A stretch of 64,000 nucleotides of DNA. Source: Octopus vulgaris (lineage: Eukaryota). The notes under the pieces were generated by a model. It was not told where the DNA came from. It searched no databases and saw only the letters and a list, made by a program, of their open reading frames with translations. Position 1 is the stretch's first letter, and each line of letters starts with the position of its first letter. Below are positions 1 through 11,484 of the stretch, in pieces. Made by a program: the position numbers and the translations under genes. The DNA lies in contig OX597822.1 in NCBI GenBank assembly GCA_951406725.2, positions 106,826,001 to 106,890,000 on the forward strand. The letters are read 5' to 3'.

Positions 1-197
1 ACGTAGCTTCTTCGCTTTGCGCTTTGCTTTCCCCCCCCAATAGGTGTAGTTCACCGCTGCATACTCCAGCAAGGCGGCGAACACAAATACGAAACACATG
101 ACCAGATAAATGTCAATAGCTTTGACATAAGAGATTCGCGGTAGAGAGGACCGCACCCCGTTGCTGATGGTTGTCATTGTCAACACAGTGGTGATAC
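1..197 (-). CDS. Internal exon (runs off the window edge) of a GABA-A receptor beta-like / LCCH3-type Cys-loop channel subunit: TM2, TM2-TM3 loop, TM3 and start of the intracellular loop
   Basis: Minus strand: polypyrimidine tract and acceptor (ttcttgtttgcttgcag|GTATCACC, phase 1), then an open frame (G)[65 protein letters not shown]. From memory this closely matches Drosophila LCCH3 and the Lymnaea GABA-A beta subunit. It is missing from the ORF track. Confidence 0.95.
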
Positions 198-304
198 CTG
201 CAAGCAAACAAGAAAAAAGAAAAAACGTCAAAAATCTGTTGATTGGGGAAGTACATGCAGATACATACATACACTGCAACAATGAAATAACTGAATAAAG
301 TACT

Positions 305-725
305 TGGATCTTTTCGGTTTGAACGGCAGATTTTTAACATAATTTCCACGTAACTAAAAAATTTTAAACTTCGTATACTGGTAGAATGTGTTTATAAAAC
401 ATCTTTTTTCTCTTGGCTTTATTGAGAAAATTCTATAGTTTGAAAGATATTTGTTGTTTTTTTTTCTTCAATTTCTGCAAGTTCAACCAATCAATGACGT
501 CTACTGAGTTAAAAAGCATTCTGTGCCGTATGAATATGTCCCTCGTTTAAGAAACAGATTGGGTTTATTTAAAGTTGTGAAGAAAAAAAGATACCCTTCC
601 CCCACCCCTAACCCAAACCCTAAAACAGATTGAAATGCAATAGATCGATACTAGGGTCATAATTATGGGTGACAATTTCATATGACACTGCTAGAAAAAA
701 CTGCCGTTCAAACCGAAAAGATCCA
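305..725. mobile_element. MITE (non-autonomous DNA transposon) with ~25-bp TIRs and 8-bp TSD (hAT/Merlin-like TSD length)
   Basis: TIR tggatcttttcggtttgaacggcag (305-329) and its reverse complement ctgccgttcaaaccgaaaagatcca (701-725). Direct repeat aaagtact at 297-304 and 726-733. Confidence 0.85.
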
Positions 726-1610
726 AAAGTACTTTTACTTATGTACAAAATGGCACATTTGCTGACGAGAAAAAAATATGCTTGTCTGACGTTCATATTT
801 TCTTTAAGGCTGTTTAGAACGAAAGAAGAATGAAGTATATTCAGAGGCCAGACGACACAGCTCGTTTAAATCTTCCATTTGTAATCATCACTGGGAATTG
901 ATATTTCTAAAGCAGTTATATTCCCCTGAAAATAAATCCTTCTGACTTAAGATGGCTGAAAAACAAGGCTTTGCGAATGGAAATTAGATTGAAGTGAAGT
1001 AGTAATGTGGAGGGATGTTGATGTAAAAATAGAAGAAGACAGCAAGAGGTAGTGTGAGTAGTGTGTGAGGTGAACGACGAGGGAAGAAAGGAGTAAGGTG
1101 GAAGAAAGTGAGACAAAGATTGTAACGAAATCGACGTCAGTTGAAATGGAAGAGTAAGCTGAAGGTTGGATCAAGTGACGTACGAGATAGTATGGAGAAC
1201 GCTTAGAAAGAAACGCATAGGAGGGAGAAAAACGATACATAAGACAGAAGCACGCGCAAACAAGGAGGAAAAGGAAGAGAGAGAGGGAGAGAGAGAGAGA
1301 GAAGAGGAGAGTGAGAGCTTGCAGAATTAAGCGCAAGATGGTTCTGTTAAGGAGGGGACCGAGAATGTAAAGAATTAAGAGGCAATAAGGAGTGGTCAAA
1401 ATGTATAAAGAAGAATGATTAGGTCAGTAGGGATTGATAGAAATGTAACGAGTAACGACAGACGAAGAGTTGTGAAAATGAAAAATGAATGCAGTGAACA
1501 AAACAAGCACAATTCAAATAAACGTGCTGCACATGCGTAGCGCATGTACATAAGGGGATAATAAGCTATGAAATCACAGCAGTATGTATACATAGATGAA
1601 TAGACGCATA

Positions 1611-2003
1611 TCTTTATATATAAAAGTGAGGTTGTGTGCTGTCTGTCTCCTACGATTTAGATTCCTAACTACTCCCACATTTTGCGGTGCAGTTTAACCA
1701 AAACCGGGTATCTTATAGTCGTGATTCATATCGAGCCCTTCTGGGTATTAGCGCGCGTCTACGATGAGTCTACGATAAAAAAAAAATTACCATCAATTTT
1801 TCCCATTTTTAATGCATTTTTGGCATATATAAGGGAAGTAACTCTCTAAAAATGTATTATTAAATCTCAGAACGTAAAAAGCTACAGTAACACCCCCCTT
1901 TGTGGTTAGCCATATTGAGATGGCTATTATACTTTACATCTCTAAAAATGCTTATATAGTTATTTCCCTTACAAACCCGAGCAACGCCGGGCGATACTGC
2001 TAG
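1611..2003 (+). mobile_element. Non-autonomous Helitron
   Basis: Starts TC, ends CTAG, inserted between A and T with no TSD. GC-rich subterminal hairpin region cccgagcaacgccggg. Homologous copies at 29520-30436. Confidence 0.85.
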
Positions 2004-2424
2004 TATATATATAAACAAAGCAGAAACAAATATACTCTGAAAAACCATATCAACAATGGTGAATGTAAACGATATTGAATGTGGAATGCGAAGTTTAAGG
2101 AAGGTTAAATCTGTGTTTAAGCTACGCGGATCAAATGCACCCGGGGTGCAAAAATATAGTTGAGTAAGTGCAAGCATACTTAATCTAATGAGATTCCCCT
2201 CCACCACAAACTTTAATCAATTAAAATTACTTTCATTATGAAGAGAAAATCATTAGCGTTACTGAGAAGAAATCTTGCCAAGAATATCAAGGGAGGCCAC
2301 TCCGAAATATATGGAAATATAAGATTGCTTTCAACAAGATATTAGCGCTTACACAATAAAAGGAATAGGATAGCGAGGTATTGACACCTGTCTTAAAAAA
2401 AAAAACGAAACAAAACAAAAAAGT

Positions 2425-2818
2425 TCTTTTCTACTTTAGGCACAAGGCCCGAAATTTTTGGGGAGGGGGCCAGTCGATTAAATCGACCCCTATACGCAAC
2501 TGGTACTTAAATAAATGACCCCGAAAGGAATGAAAGGCAAAGTCGGCAGAATTTGAACTCAGAACGTAAAGACGGACGAAATACCTATTTCTTTACGACT
2601 CACAAGGGGCTAAACACAGAGACGACAAACAAGGAAAGACAAACGGATTAAGTCGATTACTATCGACCCCAGTGCGTAACTGGTACTTAATTTATCGACC
2701 CCGAAAGGATGAAAGGCAAAGTCGACCTCGGTGGAATTTGAACGCAGAACGTAAAGACAGACGAAATACTGCTAAGCATTTCGTCCGGCGTGCTAACGTT
2801 TCTGCCAGCTGGCCGACT
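2425..2818 (-). mobile_element. SINE group B (tRNA-like head, Meta-domain-like core), two-unit tandem
   Basis: Head gctggcagaaacgttagcacgcc, B-box-like gagttcaaattcc, core gactttgcctttcatcctttcggggtcgataaattaagtacc. Two units joined at aaataggtatttcgtc. Confidence 0.8.
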
Positions 2819-3212
2819 TAAACGTATCACATATTATTCGATATTAAGATAACCCTACAGAAAATGAAGGAATATGAAGAAATGAAAAAAAATAACTGTT
2901 GTTTATTATAACTGGCAGCAGATTTATAAATTCACTAAAGGATAGTTTTCCCATTTAGAAGGGAAAATGGTTTCAGAACAAAGAAACCATATTTGAATAA
3001 TTAGATGGTTTTCGGACAATATTCTTCAGTGTTCTAGATTTGGGTAAAATGATAATGAGAAACAGATCAATGATGCACAAAGAAACGGCAAAATGCTAGG
3101 AAGATTTTTTTTTCTTAACATTAATATCTAATGAATTTTTTTGCAAGGGGTTTCATCAGACAATCAGTATCGTATTCTAGAAGCAAATAGTGTACTTGTT
3201 GCAGACAACGAT

Positions 3213-3229
3213 ACACACACACAAACTCA

Positions 3230-3303
<74 letters not shown>

Positions 3304-3346
3304 CACACACATATATATATATACACACACATATACATATACATAC

Positions 3347-3379
<33 letters not shown>

Positions 3380-3382
3380 CAC

Positions 3383-3415
<33 letters not shown>

Positions 3416-3492
3416 TATATATATACATACATATATATATACACATATATATATATATATACATACATATATATATATATATATATACATAC

Positions 3493-3523
<31 letters not shown>

Positions 3524-3572
3524 CACATATATATATATACATATATATAGATACACACACACACATACACAC

Positions 3573-3655
<83 letters not shown>

Positions 3656-3663
3656 CATATATA
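3213..3663. repeat. Compound (CA)n/(TA)n microsatellite
   Basis: Visible directly; source of the spurious YIYI/THTH ORFs. Confidence 0.95.
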
Positions 3664-3900
3664 AAGCCATGCTGTCTTCGAAACATATGTCGAAAGTAAA
3701 AGAATTTTAATAACATCTTCGTTCAACTTCATTTATTTATTAATTTATTTATAATACACAAATTACTGCACATTAACCCGGAGTTTCTACCTTTGAATAG
3801 GTCGCTTCAGCCGTGTTACTGGGATGAATTTTGCTATCCTGGTAACTGTTTATTGAATTTTCCATGTTAACGGTAAACAAAAGATAATTCATTCATCCAT
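3664..3900. mobile_element. Probable Penelope-like element terminal (pLTR) relic with hammerhead-like motifs
   Basis: Plus strand gaaacatatgtc (3680-3691). Minus strand ctgaagc-gacct-attcaa-aggta-gaaac (about 3810-3783). Lies downstream of the PLE ORF relic at ~4.5-4.9 kb and between (TA)n tracts. Confidence 0.45.
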
Positions 3901-3947
3901 TTAAATACATACATATATATATACACACAGACGCACACACACATCAA

Positions 3948-4328
3948 TTTATTCTTTTATTTTTTGACTGCGGCCATGCTGCAGCACAACCTTAAAGAGT
4001 TTTCGTCGAACAAATCTAACCCAGAACTTATTCTTTGTAAACCTAGTATTTATTCTATCGTTCTCTTTTGCCGAACCGCTAAGTTACGGGGACGTAAACA
4101 TACCGACATCGGTTGTCAAGTGACAGTGTCGGAGAGGACACACACGAACACACACACAGACATACGAAAGGCCTCTTTCAGTTTCCGTCTGCCGAATCTA
4201 CTTACAAGTCTTTGGTCGGCTTGAGGCTTTAGTAGAAGACACTTATCCAAGGTGCCACGCTGTGGAACTGAACCCGGAACCATGTGGTTGGGAATCAAGC
4301 TTGTTGTCTCACAACCACACCGGTGCCT
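3948..4328 (-). mobile_element. SINE group A (tRNA-derived, LINE-like 3' tail), diverged copy
   Basis: Reverse-complement match to the copies at 11820, 35170 and 37937. Confidence 0.85.
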
Positions 4329-4499
4329 ATTAAATATGCATACATATATAATTTCAATGTACCTTAATTCATACTCTTATATCAGTTCTGAAATTCAGGT
4401 CATTGATTACTCCGAGTTATGTCTCCCAACTCATTTTTGCTCATGTGTGTGTGTGTGTGAGTACATTTACTGACATTTGCCATAATGCCCCAGATTATC

Positions 4500-4900
4500 T
4501 GGGGTTTTCTCACCTACCTCTCTTATTGTATAAAGATGTACATCTTTTGTTTTGATTTGTGAACGAAGCTAAATGCTGCGTATATCTTTTTTTGAAGCTG
4601 TTTTCCGTCATTCCAATGTTTGTTTTTGCTTTCCCGCTCAAAACCATAATGCTGGCCTTATAAACTAATTCTCTTCGCAGGTACCTATTACAAATCCCGA
4701 ATTGACAATTATAGGATATTAGGGGATGTGTTACTCATGTTGTTATTTTTTATTTTGGTTGAATACAATAAACGTAATTATGAAAAATTTCCGCTAAAGA
4801 ACTTGTGGTATTTATGTGAATGAGGGAAGTGGTTATCAATGATTTTTATGAATTTTCTAGTTATGTTAATGTTATATAAACCGATGAATCCACAACCACA
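4500..4900 (-). mobile_element. Penelope-like element ORF relic (region between RT and GIY-YIG)
   Basis: Translation NINITRKFIKIIDNHFPHSHKYHKFFSGN resembles the PLE motif TNIGKxFLxLIDKHFPxxHxYHKIFNRN. Interrupted by stops. Confidence 0.65.
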
Positions 4901-5064
4901 TGAATTCACAACCTCATGGACCAAGATTGGCGTCAAAATACATGAAACTCCAAAATTAAGTGCACATACTGAAACAAGAATGTAGTGCATAATGAAGGCT
5001 TAAATACACACACACACACACGCGCGTATGTGCATGACATCGCATGATTCACAGAATGCACACT

Positions 5065-5345
5065 TACGTGGTCTGATCAATAAGATTGTTGCCTTAATAA
5101 CGAAGCAAAAGCATGCAGAATAAAGCCACTTGGCACATATTGACCTTGAACACTACTGTGCATGCACACTAAGTTTTAACGTTCTAGCTCACTTCCGCTG
5201 TTTACAGCAGTGCTTGGAAGGAAGGTGTGTAGCGTGTGATCGTTACATTGACCATGACAGAGAAAGTTGAGCGAGAAATTTGCATCAAATTTTGCCAACA
5301 GCTTGGCGATACTTGTTCAGAGCCCTACGCAAAGTTTTGAAAGAG
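5065..5345 (+). mobile_element. Mariner 5' end (TIR, 5' UTR, transposase start)
   Basis: ta|cgtggtctgatcaataag terminus. ATG near 5254 gives MTEKVEREICIKFCQQLGDTCSEPYAK, a typical mariner N-terminal HTH start. Confidence 0.75.
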
Positions 5346-5366
5346 TTTCCATTGTTCTGGACACAA

Positions 5367-5880
5367 TCAAGGGAATCTTGTGCGACTGAAACCCGAGTTT
5401 CTTTTTTGGTCAGTTGAAAGCAGTGTTGGCACAAACTTGGCAGACATGAATCTCATACCCGAATCTTCAGTCATAATGGACTGAACTGAACCGTAATCTT
5501 CAGTGATAATGGACTGAACTGTATCCCCTGATAGCTTATGGAGGATGATCTGACAATTTCCCCTCACAGCTGCACGCACATCTGTGATATATTTCTCAGT
5601 TCTGCTGGTTGCGGGTCTCCCAGAATGTTCGTCAATATCGACATTTTTACTTACAATTGTCTGCGGGCCATACACACCTCTCCATACATTTTCTGCAACT
5701 CTCCGTAGGCCTCTGAGCAGGTATCGCCATGACAACTTACTCTGTCATGGTCAACGCGATGATCACACGCTACACACTTTCCTTCCAAGCACTGCGGTAA
5801 ACACCGGAAGTGAACTATAACGTTAAAACATAGTGAGCATGTACAACAGAGTTCAAGGTCAATATGTGACAAGCGGCTTC
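5367..5880 (-). pseudogene. Mariner transposase N-terminal relic, inverted relative to 5065-5345
   Basis: GDTCSEAYGELQKMYGEVCM, DEHSGRPATS and GMRFMSAKFVPTLLSTDQKR (WVPHEL-equivalent motif). Frameshifted. Its 5' UTR mirrors ~5120-5262. Confidence 0.8.
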
Positions 5881-5884
5881 AGTT

Positions 5885-6225
5885 TGATTGATTGATTGAT
5901 TGATTGATTCTAGTTTCAGCTCATGAGCTGTGGCCATGCTGGGGCACCGCCATTTGGTGTTGCTACTTGGTTTTACTTCACGAACGCTTTCTAGCAACTG
6001 CCATTTGGTGCATGAGAGAGTTCGATGCAGCTGCCCTCATCTGCACCTCCTGCCGTGAAGTTGGTTCATCTGGGACACCTGACAGGAAGAGATCCAGTTT
6101 CATTTTAAAGGCATCTGCATCCACCCCATGCAGGTCTCTCAGGTTCTTCGGGAGGATATTGAAGAGCTGTGGGCCTCGGAAGCCCAGGCTATCACAGTAT
6201 CTTGTCCTACATCTTGATGGCAAAG
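5885..6225 (-). mobile_element. 5'-truncated CR1/L2-group LINE 3' end with (CAAT)n tail
   Basis: C-terminal ORF2 motif FRGPQLFNILPKNLRDL...FKMKLDLFLSGVPDEP, a short 3' UTR ending ggcggtgccccagcatggccacagctcatgagctgaaactag, then (aatc)n. Confidence 0.8.
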
Positions 6226-6930
6226 TTTGTGTGCTTTAACTTCGTTACTATGGCAACAGTCCGGATACTTATTGGTCTTACCTCGTATACACATAAACTT
6301 ATGAATACCCAACCATGGACCAAACTTGGCGTCGAAATGCGTGAAAAATATTTGAAACCCCGCAGTTATATGCACATGCTCAAACACGAACGAATTGACT
6401 AATAAAGGTGTGCTCTGAGTGTGTGCGTGCCTCTGTGTGTGTGTGTGTGTGTGCCACTATGTGTGTGCACATATTCCGTATCGATGAGCACGTGCACATA
6501 TGTATGTATTTACATTTATACCTATAAATTCGGACAAGGACGTGCATGAACGTTCTCACATGAAATAATTAAGGAATTAAAGAATTCATGGAGAGCTCAA
6601 CTCCTAACTTTATGCGACATAATTCATCGTGAACACATCTTCCAGTGAGGATTCCAGGGCAAAAGCAAGGGAGACAACATTTAGGATTTTCTTATGTCTC
6701 CTACGAACTATATGTTTATTTATATCCAAATCTCGAACAGATTCGTGTAGCTTCGTGCATTCTCATCCAAGATTGAGGCTGGTAACCCAACGTCCCATGT
6801 GGCAGGGTTGATAATTACCGAGAAAGTTCCTCTCGACATGAAACCAATGGTAGCCTTGTTAACCCGTAAATAAAGAATATCTATCCACCATTGCAGTGTT
6901 GAGCACTTATTGTTACTGTTCGATATTGGA

Positions 6931-6931
<1 letters not shown>

Positions 6932-7023
<92 letters not shown>

Positions 7024-7111
7024 TACACACATTTATATATATACATATTATACACAAAAACATACATATATATACACATATATATATATACATGTGTGTA
7101 TATATATATAT
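6932..7111. repeat. (CA)n/(TA)n microsatellite
   Basis: Visible directly. Confidence 0.95.
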
Positions 7112-7112
7112 G

Positions 7113-7448
7113 TGAAGGCGCATGGCTCAGTGGTTAGAGCGTCGAGCTTACGATCGTGAGGTTGTGACCTCGAATCCCGGACCGGACTACGTGTTGTGTT
7201 CTTGAGCAAAACACTTTATTTCACGTTACTCCAGTTCACTCAGCTTTAGAAATGAGTTGCGACGTCACAGATGCCAAGCTGTATTGGCCTTTGCCTTTCC
7301 CTTGGATAACACTGGTGGCGCGGAGAGGGGAGGCCGGTATGCATGGGCGACTGCTGGTCTTCTATAAACAACCTTGCCCGGACTTGTGCCTCGGAGGGGG
7401 AACTTTCTAGGTGCAATCCCATGGTTATTCGTGACCGAAGGGGGTCTC
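7113..7448 (+). mobile_element. SINE group C (tRNA-derived head, CORE-like segment), tail variant 1
   Basis: A-box tggctcagtggttagagc, degenerate B-box acctcgaatccc, then gtgttcttgagcaaaacacttta. Confidence 0.8.
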
Positions 7449-7464
7449 CGATATATATATGTAT

Positions 7465-8110
7465 ATCTAGACAAATTCAGCTGAGGAGCTACAGATATGT
7501 TATGTGAGTAAAATTACATAATTTATTAATAGCGTAACAATTGTCCAGAATTAATCTGCATTTTGTTATTTTTTTTTGCCCTGTTCGTTTACGCTAATAG
7601 TTGTGCTAACTTTCATCGGAAACAATTCTTTGTGGCTGAAACCATAGCGGATCTATTTTTAGTGCTAGAGTCGACCACATAGTGGTCACTGTCTTATATT
7701 TACGTATAAAATTTATTGTATTCCTGGTTTTTATGCACTAAGCCACTTGGTGTTAAATTGATGGCACTATTAATTAGTATCCAATTTTCTCACCCTTATT
7801 AATTGATTGTAATTATACTGCATTTAATTTTTGATGTAGTATCTGTTTCCGTGAATTTTGGCGGGCTTTGGCGGGGGCACTTGAATTATAACGGCGAATG
7901 CAATCGACTGAACCGCATGTGTGTTTATCGTTATGGTAAAATCTGGCATGCGGTTGAGTAAATTGTATTCTAGACAAATTCAGCTGAGGAGCTACAGATA
8001 TGTTATGTGAGTAAAATTGCATAATTTATTAATAGCGAAACAATTGTCCTGAATTAATCTGTTAAATTGATGGTACTATTAATTAGTATCCAATTTTCTC
8101 ACCCTTATTT
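7465..8110 (+). mobile_element. Penelope-like terminal region with partial direct repeat
   Basis: About 90-bp direct repeat at 7466-7557 and 7969-8061, and shared ends at 7752-7800 and 8061-8110. Degenerate ctgagga...taaaattacata motif. Homologous to 13625-14095. Flanked by (TA)n. Confidence 0.5.
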
Positions 8111-8116
8111 GTATAT

Positions 8117-8180
<64 letters not shown>

Positions 8181-8219
8181 ATGTATATATATATATATAT
8201 ATGTGTGTGTGTTTGTGTG

Positions 8220-8257
<38 letters not shown>

Positions 8258-9089
8258 CATAAAATAAATAATATGACGTGTAAGAATGAACCACAGACGG
8301 CAAAAAACCTTTTATACGGCTACTCGATATATTTCCATTAGGGCTAACTTGGGGGTAAATCACACATCTGTGGGCAGTCACCACAAGCGAATAAAGGAAA
8401 GAAAACAGTTACAAATGCGACAACAACCACAACAACAACGACTATAGTAATAACACGTCAAGAACAGTACACGATGTAGGGAGCAAATTGCATTTTTTCC
8501 TATCTGCACCATTTTACTAAGCAAGAATCGATTTATCATAATATACAGAATTTCTGAAAAGAGTACGGCAATAGTTCTGAGAAAAATCATACAATAGCAG
8601 CTGCCAAAAGAAGAAAAAAGAAATAAATAGGAACATAGGAGAGGAAACAAAATTAGAGAATTAATACAAAATGTACAAAACAAAGAAAAAAGCGAAACAA
8701 GACAACCTCTTGAAGACAGAAAAACGAAAAATCTCAAAACACCATTTTAGCAATATTCCAGCGAGCACAGTTTGTTCTTTTTTTCAGGCTGCACAATTTT
8801 CAGCAGAAAGCAAAAAAAAAAAAAAAAAAATTTTCAAAGAGTAAAATGAAATAGCAGGAAAAGTAATACGAAATAACCATAGCAATGTACAATAAAAAAA
8901 AAATAGAAGAACGTGGAAAAGAACTGCTATTATCACAAAGACCACATCAGTAATTATAATAAACGATAACAATTGTATTAGATAACAATAACGATAATAA
9001 TGATGCGATAAATTACAATGAAAAGTATAAATAGAACAAATTCAAAACAAATAGAAAATTTCAAAGAATAGAAACCGCAGGCAACAGTT

Positions 9090-9432
9090 TATATGTATGT
9101 ATGTATGTAGGTATGTATGTATGTATGTATGTATGTATGTATGTATGTATGTATGTATGTATATGTATGTATATATATGTATATATATGTATGTATGTAT
9201 AAATATATTTATATATATTTATATGTATGTATGTATAAATATATATATGTATATATGTATTTATATGTATGTATAAATATATATATATATATGTATATAT
9301 AAATATATATATATATATATGTATATATAAATATATATATATATATATGTATATATATATGTATGTATGTATAAAGATATATATATATATATGTATATAT
9401 ATATTTATATGTATGTATATATATATATATAA

Positions 9433-9488
<56 letters not shown>

Positions 9489-9765
9489 ATACATACACTG
9501 AAAAATACATACGTATAGAGATATGCTTAGTTGTTTATGGATGTACATAGAAATATAGGTATACTGATACACACTCATATATGCATATATATGTGATGAT
9601 GATGATGGTATGTATATATGTGTATATATATATACATACATAAATATGTACGTATACATATGTATGTGTATACATACATACTTTCATACATGCATGCCTG
9701 CATACATACATACATACATACATACATACATGCACACACATGCACACACTCATACAAACACACAC
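9090..9765. repeat. (TATG)n/(TA)n compound microsatellite
   Basis: Visible directly. Confidence 0.95.
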
Positions 9766-10159
9766 ATTGTTAGATGCTGAAGCCTCTTGAATCGTAACTT
9801 TGATTTTCATGTTACTAATCGTTCAAACATACGACGAAGAGAAGCAGTGTGAGAATTTACAAGTAAAAATATTTTTGAACATCAAGATATTCATAGTCAA
9901 CAGTACATCGAGATTAGATTGGTTGTGAAACAATTCCGTTATAAAACGTCACGTGCGTTACTAAGTGCGGAAAGAACGTTTTATTTTTATTTACTAATTT
10001 TCGAAGACACCTTTTTTCTTTATTTTTCATATCGTAACTGGCATGCGCGCGCAAAATACAAAAAAAATAAATAAATAAATAAATGCAAGCATGGGAAGCA
10101 ATTCTTATTGATGAAGTCTTACTATCGGTGAATATATGAATGTATGGCACTTAGGTGAA

Positions 10160-10304
10160 TATACATATACACATACATACATACAAACACACGCACACAT
10201 ACATACATATATATATACATATATACATACACACATATATATATATATACATACATACACATACATATATACACACACACATATAAACATATACACACAC
10301 ACAC

Positions 10305-10335
<31 letters not shown>

Positions 10336-10381
10336 GGCAGATTTAATCACAAATATATTTGAATATACATGTTTAGTTATG

Positions 10382-10444
<63 letters not shown>

Positions 10445-10575
10445 TTATTTATATATATATATATTTATTTATTTATATATATATATTTATTTATTCATAT
10501 ATATATATTTATTTATTTATATATATATATTTATTTATTCATATATATATATTTATTTATTTATATATTTATATA

Positions 10576-10635
<60 letters not shown>

Positions 10636-10642
10636 CATATAT
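10160..10642. repeat. (CA)/(TA)/(TATT) compound microsatellite
   Basis: Visible directly. Confidence 0.95.
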
Positions 10643-10961
10643 TTGCGCGTACGCGCTCAAGTGTGCATGTTTGTGTGTAGATATAAGTGCTGCAAATGTA
10701 TAGTAACAACTTACGATATATGAAAAAAACTTAACATACACTTTTATATGAAAATATACTTCACACACATTCACGTGCGCACACCTGCACACAGGTTCCA
10801 TGCAGTTAAATACACAAAGACTTAAGCATTATACACAAACAAAAAAAAAAATCACATGCAAAATGCACGCCTATACGCAAATGCACAATTTTGTGAAAGC
10901 ATAGGCCTAGGTATCCATCAACATAGATACATATATCTACAACAGATTCTAAGAATACAAT

Positions 10962-11372
10962 TACTCTCTTTACTCTTTTACTTGTTTCTGTCATGTGACT
11001 GTGGCCATGCTGGAGCACAGCTTTTAGTCAAGCAAATCGACCGCAGGACTTATTCTTTGTAAGCCTAGTTCTAATTCTATCTTTGTTACGGAGACGTAAC
11101 GGTCTCTTTGTTACGGGGACGTAAATACACCAGCATCGGTTGTCAAGCGATGCTGGGGGACAGACACACAAACATATACACATACACATACATATATACG
11201 CATGTATATGACGGGCTTCTTTCAGTTTCCGTTTACCAAATCCACTCACAAGGTTTTGGTCGGCCCGAGGCTATAGTAGAAGACACTTGTCCAAGGTGCC
11301 ACGCAGTGGGACTGAACCCGAAACCATGTGGTTGGTAAGCAAGCTACTTACCACACAGCCACTCCTACGCCT
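10962..11372 (-). mobile_element. SINE group A, full length
   Basis: Reverse complement of the group A consensus from head (ggcgtaggagtggctgtgtgg) to (agagtaaa)n tail. Confidence 0.9.
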
Positions 11373-11484
11373 CCTCTTGAATAATTGAAAGAAATACTGG
11401 CAGACACACGTGCAAACACGCACATACACAAAGAAAATCATACATACATGCTTACACACATACACACACACACACACATATAAA

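Noticed and set aside
113-349. 78-aa minus-strand ORF overlapping the exon
   Set aside because: Wrong frame. The real reading frame is the spliced receptor exon starting at 197.
606-623. Interstitial telomere
   Set aside because: Only two or three imperfect CCCTAA units, internal to a MITE.
900-1600. Purine-rich stretch with 150-aa minus-strand ORF
   Set aside because: Compositionally biased with no motif. It may be an old LINE remnant, but I cannot support a call.
3121-3732. Long ORFs such as the 203-aa YIYI/CVCV frame, and similar ones at 9-10, 14-18, 26-28, 32, 39-40, 53 and 63 kb
   Set aside because: They are translations of stop-free microsatellites with no domain content.
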